Source: Phaeosaccion multiseriatum
Taxonomy: Eukaryota; Protista; Ochrophyta, other classes
Direction of reading: 5' to 3'
NCBI GenBank assembly: GCA_965112735.1
Contig: OZ218952.1
Span: forward strand, 124,001-188,000
DNA length: 64,000 nt
A program made the translations under genes and the position numbers. The notes below the pieces were generated by a model, which was not told the origin of the DNA, searched no databases, and saw only the letters and a program-made list of their open reading frames with translations. The first letter of the stretch is position 1. Each line of letters starts with the position of its first letter. Below are positions 54,501-64,000 of this stretch, piece by piece.

Positions 54501-55894
54501 CTGGTACGGCCTGAGTGTGGAAGGAGCAGTTTTGAGGAGGTCGGACATTAGAAAACAATTGCCTCATCTCGCCTCGTTGACACACTGACCATGGCCGTCA
54601 TACTGGCGCCTTTCCCTCCCTCCGTCCTCCAAGTGACAGCCTGGTGCTCCGTCAGGAGTGCCTCAGGCAGGTCTGGGCGCAAAAACAGCTCTCCGAACAC
54701 GCGAAGGACCGGGACTGTTTGCGGCGCAGACAGCAAGTCCAGGGGCAGCAGGGCTTGCAGCTCGGACAGATTTCCGAGCAGAAAGGCCACAGAGGGTGCA
54801 GAGAAGGTGGGTGACGGAGGGAGTGGTGGCTTCTCGGAGAGAAAAGCCTTGAGACAGGTGAGATACAGAGTGTCGTCTGCTCCGCGGGGGGGGGCAAAGA
54901 GGGGTTGGCGTATCACCTCCACGGAGGCTAAGCATGTCGTCAGCACAGGGATGGATAGGATGTTGGCCACAAAGCCCGCCTGAAGCCACCTTTGCTCAAT
55001 ACCTCTACTGCTTGCGTGAACAACCATCTGCACCGCGAGTTCCCAGCAGCCCTGCATCACCCCCCGCCGCCCCGCCGTCAAAGTCAATGCCCTGCTTCGA
55101 CCCCCCAGAGTAAGCCCCACAAGCTTCTGGTCGGTCCCTGATGATGATGACAGCGACGACGAAGAAGAATACGACGACGAATCGCCAAAGAAGACTTGCC
55201 GGACTCGCCCAAAGACATGTAACTCCTCGGTGAGCAGCCGCACACACACGTCCGTGACGCCTGCACTGGCCAGCATGTCATAGCCGGTGCCCAGTTGCCC
55301 GATGATGCCGCTCTCCTCTTGGGCATGCCTTTCGCAGCCGCTGAGCATGAGGAGGACCTTCAGAGGGTGGTTTCCATCTTCAACCCCACCCTGGTCCCAA
55401 TGGCGCCCCACGTAGGTCAGGCAGGCACGAAGGAGCTTCGAGAGAAGTCGCACCCCCCCAACACCACCCCGCACCATGCTCGTAGCAAAGTTCACCTCGG
55501 TATCTTGATGAGCGAGCGACGGAATCAGCACCTCTCCACAAAGAGTGCACAGTCGAGCGCTGTCCTCCTTGTCGTCAACCGCCCGTCTCAGCAAGAACAG
55601 CAAGCGCCCCATCGCTGACATGGAGAACGCCACGGGAGGCGCGAAAGGAACCCCTTGCGCGGCAAGCATTTTTCGCAATCCTTGGTAGTCTTTAAGCTGC
55701 TTGTCCCAGCCCTGCAGCAAGACATGTCGCTCCCGGCGGTGGTCCCTCCTCCCCCGATACCACCTCTGAATGCGGAGTACAGGCCCGAGCAGCAGCCTCA
55801 ACCTTTGCCTCTCTTCCCTCTTGCTCTTAGCCTGCTCCAGCAAGTCATCCTTCTCCTTTCTTCCCTTACCGCCGACTCCATCCTTGCCGAACAT
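51585..55894 (-). CDS. HECT E3 ubiquitin ligase UBE3B/UBE3C (UPL6/7)-like with N-terminal IQ motif
   Basis: RIQRWYRG; ESGIDMGG (22-nt microexon 53054-53075) /LFKDF; LGKALYEGI; [13 protein letters not shown]; [15 protein letters not shown]; GTGFELS*. Confidence 0.93.
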
Positions 55895-55931
55895 GCCCCT
55901 CCCTTCTCCCCTTCACCTCATTCTCAGACAG

Positions 55932-56028
55932 GCATTCACGGCCAGTAGAAGGAGGTAGAATGATGGGAAGGAGAAGGAGGAGGTGAGATAGAGGGAGCCC
56001 TGCATTCACGGTCAGTAGAAGGAGGTAG
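55932..56028. repeat. 27-bp direct repeat pair (one mismatch) at the HECT/SAC1 divergent region
   Basis: GCATTCACGG(C/T)CAGTAGAAGGAGGTAG at 55932 and 56002. Confidence 0.9.
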
Positions 56029-56229
56029 GGGAGAGAAGGAGAAGGAGAGAAGGAAAAGAGGAGAGAAGTGAGAGAAAGCAGGGCCGTTGGTTCTCCAGTT
56101 CTCCTCCACCTGGCAACGACACTGCATCACACAAACAAAAACAAACACACCACCAGTAGTGAGACCCGCGACCACACCAACAGATTTGAGAAAAAAAGGA
56201 GGTAGTCACCCTCGGTGGGTGGCACTCCC

Positions 56230-59200
56230 ATGAGGAAGAGGAAGGGTTACAAGGTCCTTGTGTCTCTTGCTTCCTATTTGCTCCTGCAGCATGGAGGGGC
56301 GGTCGCATCAGCAGCTGGAGGTGGTGGAGGTGGCGCGGTGGATACCGCTGCGGGTGCGGGTTCACCGGTCGTCATGTCGTTGCGGACGAAGACCAAGTCT
56401 GGTCTCGCTGGGATGCTGCCCACGCGCCCAAAATTTCCGTTCCGTCGACGGAGGCCGAGGGAGGAGGCTCTGCTGGACACGAGGCAGCGCTACTTGCACA
56501 TCACGCGCGACTCTCTAGTGTTCGAAATCGACGGAGAGGACCTGTGTCTTGTGTTTGGGCGAGGTGGGGGCGGACCTGTCGTCGTGTCCGTGATGAGTAA
56601 GGCTGAGGTAGGCATATAAAGGACACACGTTCCCACCTCAAAGGACGGTTGTCCCTAACTACCCCTCACCAACAACCCACAGGCTGGCGCTGCCGAGGGT
56701 TCTCCTTCGCTTCTGTCATCCATGCCGGTGGACTGCATCTTTGGCGTGTACGACTTGCTGAGCGGCCCCCATGTGGCGGTCGTCACCAGGTCCAAGCTTC
56801 GCTACATGCACCGCGCACTTGGCCTGGTAAGGCGGAGCTATCTATCCATTCATGAATGTATGGGTCTCTCTTCGCCCTGTACCAATGAGCCCCCACCTCC
56901 ACGAACATGTGAACACGGCAGGAGTTCCGGAGAGCCTCCAAGATCAAGCTGATTCCACTGTACTCCTCTCCTGTAGCCCTGGACGAAGAGGAGCGGCGGG
57001 TGGAAGCCAACGTCCTCGATCTGCTGAAAGAGGGCTTTGGGCGCTTGCAGTTTTACTTCAGCCACAGCCATGACGTTACTCACTCTGTGCAGCGCATGGT
57101 AACGGGAGCGGACTCGACGGGCCGGTCTTCGGGTAGCGGCGGAGTAGAGAGCGATGGGGAAAGGACGAGAGGCCCGGGGATGTGGCGAGAGTCCGACCCG
57201 CGCTTCTTTTGGAACAGGGGGGTGATGGGCCCTCTTACCAACTTCAGTGGGACTGCCGAGCAGGGTGGAGTGGTGGATAGCTGGATCACGCCTGTGACGT
57301 GCGCCTTTTTGCAGGTGGAGAAGGGGTGCAGTGCTACTCCGGATGACGAGGATGACGAAAAAGGCAGCACGCACAGCTTTGACCTGCTGTTTATGAGCCG
57401 GCGCAGCTGCTACCGGCAGGGGACTCGCTTCATGCGGAGAGGGATCGACGAGGACGGGAATGTCGCCAACTTTGTGGAGTCGGAGCAGACGCTCCTCTTC
57501 GACAGTGGCAGAGTCACTTCTCACGTGCAGATCAGAGGTGAGGGCTCTCTTTGAGATTGAGGCCATGAGACACACAACACACTGCCCCGCGTACTCAATC
57601 CCTCCAAACCTTTGCCGGCCCCTGGACACAAACCAAAATAGGCTCCATCCCTTTGTTTTGGAGCTCGCCCGTGACGCTGGCCTATCACCCACCAGTGCAC
57701 ATTAGCGAGGACGAGGCAGGACACCGCAGGGCCCTTTCGAAGCACGCAGAGGAGCTGCTGCGCTTTTACACGGTGGCGCCACCCTCCAGAGAGGGGGCTG
57801 TCGTATTCATCAACTTGGTGGATAAGAAGAAGGCCCAAGGGGAGCTTGGGACTCTGTTGGACGAGACGATTAACGCAGTGCAGTCTGAGGAGCGTGTCCT
57901 AGGTATGTAAGGAATTGAGGGTTGTTGACCTCACGAACAGGTCTCTCTCTTTCTCCCTCTCACTCTTCCTCTCTCTCTCCGTTCTCTTTTGTTCCCAGAT
58001 GGCTGGTCGTACTGCCCCAAAGCCCTTCGGCACGTTTGGTTTGACTTCCACCACGAGTGCGCAAACATGCAGTGGGGAAACCTCAACAAGCTTCTGGACG
58101 ACGTTGAGCAAAATCTCGCCACGCACGGCTTTTTTCTTCTCGACAGTTCGGACGGCAACAAGTTGCGGCCCACATCGGTGCAAGACGGGGTGATGCGGAC
58201 CAACTGTATGGACTGCCTCGATAGGACCAATGTGGTGCAGAGTCTGTTGGCAAGGTGTACTCTCCTCCAGCAGCTCGACGCGGTGGCTGCTTTGGATGGA
58301 CGAGGAGGAGGAGAAGACTCGGCAGAGAGTAGCCCACCCACAGGGTCCCAGGAAAAGAGGAGGAAAGAGAGCGTAGCACCCACCAAGAGAGCGGCAAGCT
58401 CTGGCGACGATTCGGAGACTGAAGAGGAGGTACCAACGACTTTGGATGTCGCCACTTCCGGACTGGAGCGGCTGCAGCTGCCGAATGCGCGGCTCGAGGA
58501 GCGCTTTCGAAACGTGTGGGGCAACAACGCCGATGAGATTAGTGTGCTGTACACGGGCACCCCCGCTCTGAAAAGAGACTTTACACGGACAGGTGAGCGG
58601 CGAAGGCAAGGCATGGGTATGGGTGGGTCCCCCTTGCCCTTTGTGTATGTCCTGCATGCTAACTTACGCCAACCCAACACACCCCACACACTCTTCGGGC
58701 TACCCCCCCAGGCAAGAGGACCCGCTTGGGGTTGATGCAAGACGGGACGAACAGCGTCCTGCGCTACTTTATCAACAACTTCTTGGACCACCGGCGGCAG
58801 GAAGCCGTCGATTTGCTGGTCGGGGGCTACATTCCAACGCGTAGAGAGGATGCAGAGCGGCTAAGCACCACCAGCCCGCTCGGAAAAGAGCTAGATTTAG
58901 ACCTGTGGGCGAGAGACCCCAGCGTGTTGGCAGCTTGGAGGGGGCTAGGCGATGCCGCGATACGCTCCTCGGCGGGGGAGGAGGGAACTGAGGAGGCATT
59001 CACGCACCACTCGCGGTGGCCGGCGAGCTTCGAGGAGAGGGCAGTAGCTTCCCTCCAGGTCGGTAAAGAGGCGGCCAAGCGGAAGCACAAACCCCGAGAG
59101 ACCAGAGGCGGGGGCAGCAGCTTCGAACCACAGAGGCCAAAGGGCAAGAGCAAGGGCGAGGAACAAGCCGCTGATGCACCGCCCAAGCTGAGCTCTGCGG

Positions 59201-59370
59201 CGTCGCCAGTGAGAGCTGCCGTGCAAGCGCAGTACCGGCTCATGTCTGCCCTCATTCTGTTGATGATGCTGTCCAAGGGTATGCGCTGCGGGGAGGTGCT
59301 GTCACCCGGGGTGCTGGTGATGCTCTGCAGCCTGTTTCTGCTGCCTATTGTGCAGCAGCTCCTAAGCTAA
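56230..59370 (+). CDS. SAC1: SAC1-family phosphoinositide phosphatase
   Basis: FYFSHSHDVT, RFFWN, SRRS..RQGTRF.RRG.D..GNVANFVESEQ, RGSIP.FW, FDFHHEC, RTNCMDCLDRTNVVQ, YTGTPALK.DFTRTG; C-terminal hydrophobic segments. Start codon uncertain. Confidence 0.92.
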
Positions 59371-59458
59371 CTTGACGAAAATGAGAAGAATCGGTCGGTT
59401 GCCTCGCCCCGAGAGGAGGTTTGTAGTCTGTGATATTTGTGATAAGTCTTGTGTCACG

Positions 59459-60982
59459 TCAGCTCAACACGCACGACGACTGCGATTGGTTCGCCTTTTG
59501 CACTTGCTGCAGGCCTTGCCGTGCTCTCTCGTGGGCAGCCTCCGTCTTGGCTTCGATGTGATGCACCTGCAGTACACAGGTGGATGCAAGACAGGGGGCA
59601 GGTCAGTACTATTGTGCTAGCGCCGCCGCCTCTCTTTGGCCACTAACCTGCTCGTCTTGCTGTGATACTATACTCGCCAAGTCCCGATATACCTCGTTCA
59701 CTTTGTACAGAGAGCGATTTATATTTCGAAGCTCCTCTTCTGTTTCCTCAATAATGGCTTGGTTTACAGCCTTGTTCATTTAGGTGCGCGACAACAGCAG
59801 AGGGGTTAGAAACTGAAGTGTCAGGGGGGGGGGCTCTTCCGCCAAACACCTCACCTCTTCCTGCATATTGATCATCATCTGCTGCTGCTGGTGCTGCCCT
59901 TGCCCCCCCCCACCGGTCATGCCTCCTCCACCGAACATCGCCGCCTCCTGCTGCTGCATGGTGGCCGCCTCTTGCTCCTTTTTCCTATCCCACTCCCCAC
60001 TCCGCCTCCCCGCCTCCGTCTCGAGCTCCGCTGCTATCGAATTGACACGGTGAAAGTCCTTTGACAGTTTGGTGTACGTTGCCCGCCGCCGAGCAGCCCT
60101 GAGCAGCAACAACACAGAACAAGGTACACAGTCTTAATACACATACATACACACCCACTCCTCACTGACGAAGACTCACTCCTGCCGGCTGACGTTGTCT
60201 AGTTCGGCCGCTTGGGCCTGCAGGTCTCCCTGTATCTTGCCCGCCAGCTCATGCACGACTTCTGTCTGTAAGTGGAACTGCTGCCGCAGCTCCGCGGAGT
60301 CCCGCATTGTGCCGAGACTCTGAACCAAGCGGTGCAGTATGGTCACGTTTTGCTGGGAGAGACAGAGAGGGAGAGAGAGACAGAGAGAGAGAGAGACAGC
60401 GAGAGCGGGAGGTAAGAGTAGTGTGAGATGACAGCGAGAAACGGGGGGCAGACAAGATGAGGGAAAGAGGGACAGTCATATAGACAGAGGAGAGCCACGC
60501 GGAGATGGGACGGAGACAATGCTGCACACAAAGACGGGGGGGAGGGGAGGAAAGAGAGGGAGACAGGAGGGAAAGATAAAGGTGCGAAAGCCAAAAAGGC
60601 AGGCATGGAGGGGCAGAGAGATCGGCGGTGTCGATAAGCAAGATGGGGAAGCCTAGGAGAGCGGGGGGCCTAAGTCACAAACAGAGGAGTGAGTTACGGG
60701 GGCGTGCAGGCGACGAAGAGCACGATGATTGTTTCTCCAGCCTTTCGTCCTTCTCATCCCTCTTACCGAGTGCTGCATGAGCAGATTGCTCAGTCTCCTT
60801 GTGACCATGTCTCCGCCACCCCCTCCGAGAGCTCCACCAGCGCCTCCCGCGAACCCTGCCCCCCCTGCTGCTCCTCCTGCTGCTGCTCCTCCCGCCCCCG
60901 CTGCTCCTGCCAAGGGACGCCTCCGACCCCCTCCTCCTCCTCCTCCTGAACCCCCTCCTCTGCCAACGTCGGAGAAACTCAT
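59459..60982 (-). CDS. Qa-SNARE syntaxin (STX7/PEP12-like) lacking TM helix, ending in CVLS
   Basis: MSFSDV start; Habc region KLSKDF; SNARE motif IIEETEEELRNI...VNEVYRDLASIVSQQDEQVHHIE...ARQGLQQVQKA..SQSSCVLS*. Confidence 0.88.
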
Positions 60983-61248
60983 CAGGCCCTCGCTCTTTCG
61001 CTAAGTTGGTGTCTCCCTGTGTGTCCACGTCCTCTGGCAATCCGGCCTCGGAGTACTTCTGGGCCAGCTGCCTTAAGGGCTGTGCGGCGAGTCGAGTCGA
61101 GGCGCAAGAGGGAGAGGTGAAGTGCCAAAAGCGAGAGATTAGTTATGGTTTGTTGGCGGAAAGAAGGAGGGAGAATTCTGCATCAGGTGCCATCTAGGCG
61201 TCTTCCGTTCCTTGTTTCCCATTTCAACCCGTTTATTCGTCAGCAGCC

Positions 61249-62390
61249 ATGACCTGGTCTCAAGGCGTCGCTGTTCTTCTCTTCGTCTGTCCTGTGCTTA
61301 CATCGGCGTTCTCCTTTACGCAAAGCTCTGCCGTATGTCAGAGGCGCGCCAGCAGCAGCTGTCGGAGCTGTGGTAGCAGCCGGATGAGCATGACTACGCG
61401 AGAGGGAGGCAATAGACGGAGTTTCTTGAGCAGCAGCGTCCTCCTCCCACTGCTTGGGGGGCTGAGTGCAATCGTGGGGGCTAGTGCTGGGACGGCGGGG
61501 GCTGCTCTGGCTGAGACTGCGACGGGCGACGACCAACTGGTGGACACGTACTGGGGCAATGGCTGCTTTTGGCACGTTCAGCACGAGATGATTAAGGCAG
61601 AAAAGGACTTGCTCGGCAGAACCAACGACAACTTGACGTCGTTGACGGGATACGCAGGTGCGAAGAAGGGGGCGGTCGCGCCCCCCACGGAGCCGGGCGC
61701 CAAACTGTGTTATCACAACCTCAGAGGCATGTCAGACTACGGCAAGGCGGGGGCGGCCGAGGTGGTGAGGGTGCGCATTCCTGCAAAGGAGATTCCCGCC
61801 TTCGCCCAGGCTTACTTTGACCTATTCGCCAAGTTCGAGAAGAGAGGGGGTGTTGTCTACGACAGGCAAGTAAAGTAGAACAGAAGGGGGGGGCGGGCCC
61901 TTCCATCAGGGGAAGGGAACGACGAGCGGATAGTGATATGTGTCTTGTGCTCTTTGTGTGTGCAGGCGTGACCCCCAGGACCGAGGAGGGGAGTACCGCT
62001 CGCTGTTGGGCATCCCGGGGGGCGCCAGCAGCCCGTACTTGGCCTCCATCAAGGAAGCGGCCGCTGCCAAGGGTATTTCGCTCTTTGAGGGCCAGGGGGG
62101 AGATCCCGACACCCTGTTCAAGCAAAAGGTCTTTGTGCACGACACAGAGAAGTTCCCCTTCTACCCCGGAGAAGGTACGATATGTTGTGATTGTGGCAAG
62201 TTCTATGTGGTGGAAACGTTAAGATGCAAAACCCCCTTCCCCCCGCCACGTCTTTGCTCTTTCACCAGTCTACCACCAGTTCCACAACGACATGACGGAG
62301 TTCTACGGGAGGGAGTACAACGGCCTCAAGGACAAGTACTTTGAGGCGGGCAAGATTAGTGAAACGGGCTGTCCGGAGGGCATCCTGTGA
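61249..62390 (+). CDS. Plastid (twin-Arg, probably lumen) MsrA-like protein
   Basis: Signal TSA-F; NRRSFL twin-Arg plus hydrophobic AxA; YWGNGCFWHVQHE, TGYAG, AEVVRV, DPQDRGGEYRS, FYPGEVYHQFH. GC-AG intron 61866-61965. Confidence 0.85.
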
Positions 62391-62534
62391 CCTTTATATT
62401 ATAGATCACACGCATTTAAAGATGTCGAGAACGTAAATATAACTTTATGATTATGATTATCGTACTTTTAGCGTAAACCGGTGGTGTGTGATGAGAGACT
62501 GTACAGTGCCTACTTTAGAGACCGCCTTGCCCGT

Positions 62535-63825
62535 CTAGTACAGGAAGGGGAAGCCGTGTCCGGTGAGAGCTGCTTGAGTGATCATGCCGCTGAAGGCCAT
62601 CATCGCCAGGCGTCCGTTCTTCAGCTCTGCCACCCTGAACCTATCCGCCTTAACTGGGTCCTGTGGCGCAGCAAGGGATAGAGGGCACAAGCACAAGAGG
62701 AACAGAGGCGTGCACACATCAGAGAGTTGACGACGTGTCGAGTCCAAAAGAGCATCAGCGAGTTGCATTACAGGGAGCAAGAGGAAGCTCAGGCGCCTTA
62801 CCTTGAGCAGCTTCAGTGGGTCGAGGGCAAAGTCCCCTGGGGCTCGGTCCTTCTTGTCCATGTCAAAGATTGTGGGCATGGTGAGGATCTCGACGAGGCT
62901 GATCCAGAAGAGAAGCTGCACCATGGGACCCTTCTCCACCATGGCGTTGTGTGCCTCGACAACGCCGAGTCCCTGGTACATCTCTCCCGGTAGGCGGAAG
63001 TAATCGGGTGCTACCATGCCCACGGTGGCGAGCATGCAGATGCGCCCGTGCTGCGAGAGAAGACGTGGGTTGTTGGGTTAGGTACGGGTTGGGAGAGAGA
63101 AATAAGCAAGGCAGCCAAAGCAGCCAACGCGTGGCACTAAAGACTCACCTTGAGCTCGGCCTCACGGTAGAAGAGCAGGTTCTCGGGGTTGTTCTCCGCC
63201 ATCTTGAAGGGGTCGAAGTTCTGAGACAAGGGAAAGCGGGAGAAAGAAAGGGCATTTCGAAATGAGTGTTTCGATTATCGACTGCTGCTTCTACTGCTCG
63301 ACAATTGGACTGCTGCTCGGGCACCATCGGTGCCCCAGCATAGTATGACTCCAGTCGCTCAGCTCCGACTGCGAGGTAGATGGCACGCTACCCCAGCCAA
63401 CACCCAGCCTCTTTCCCCAACTCACCTTGGAGTTTGGCTCCGGTCCATCGGCGCCAAGCATGCCTCCGGCGAACTGCATACATAGGAAGAGATCAAAGCG
63501 CAAAGGGCGAGGGAGAAAAGAAGGCGTTCAAACTCGGCATGTCGACGTGGGCCCACTGCACCGCCAGCCATAACGCCATTCTTCGCAGCAGCCACAAGCT
63601 CCAGTTGCTCCTCGCTGCCTCTCACGCTCCTCGCCGCCACACAAGCCCTCCCCGTCGCGTATGCATCCACTCATCCTGATCTCCTCCGCGACATACCTCC
63701 ATCTTCATTGCCGAGGTGCTCTTCGGCGCCGTGTGCTTCACCACGCTCCCGATGAAAGCATTGGGCTGCACAAAGGCGCTCGCCGATGCGAGCGAAAGGG
63801 CAGCGACGGTGGCACAGGTCTTCAT
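62535..63825 (-). CDS. Light-harvesting chlorophyll a/c (Lhcr-type) antenna protein
   Basis: ASAF signal; NFDP, REAELKHGRICMLA, AHNAMV..GPM.QLL.WI...E, PGDFALDPL, AELKNGRLAMMAFSG. Confidence 0.96.
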
Positions 63826-64000
63826 GCTATGTGTAGGGTGGAGAGAGAAGAAAGAGATAATTGTATAGAGAGAGAAATGAAATGGAATGGCCACGCGACA
63901 ACGTTTTCTGTTTTTGGGTGACAGGGGTTGCATCATATCAATGCCATAGGATGCTAGATGGCGTTACATTTTTATTGCCTTCCGCCCCCCCCCCCCCTCT

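Noticed and set aside
61555-61590. Selenocysteine MsrA
   Set aside because: The active-site codon is TGC (Cys); no in-frame TGA and no SECIS recognised.

Overview
Gene-dense eukaryotic nuclear DNA with short GT-AG introns, most likely from a flagellated photosynthetic stramenopile (ochrophyte). Support: several bipartite signal+transit 'ASAF-type' plastid presequences, an Lhcr-type antenna protein and Kintoun/DNAAF2. About 27 intron-containing protein-coding genes were reconstructed by eye, mostly as head-to-head pairs separated by about 90-340 bp. They include TIM50, SRP54, TRAPPC12, GRWD1, DNAAF2, DHX35, NDPK, V-ATPase E, FCF2, MnSOD, a glyoxalase, PhoD, PRP43, CWC21, a UBE3B/C-like HECT ligase, SAC1, a syntaxin, an MsrA-like protein and an LHC. 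No rRNA, tRNA, CRISPR or intact transposon was recognised. The most unusual elements are: (1) a frameshifted relic between PRP43 and CWC21 joining EsV-1-12-like beta-propeller repeats to a TIR domain, suggesting a Toll-like-receptor analogue family; (2) a single-chain tandem translin/TRAX protein (inactive + active domain) with a plastid-type presequence and twin hairpins after its stop; (3) a syntaxin ending in a CaaX box instead of a TM helix; (4) a mitochondrial-type protein built from 81-aa repeats; (5) TIM50 with an intact DxDxT motif; (6) a degenerate IGPS-like protein; (7) a 12-nt microexon carrying the SOD metal ligand; (8) a recurring TTGACT motif in divergent promoters. Exon boundaries are manual inferences and family assignments come from remembered motifs, not database searches.
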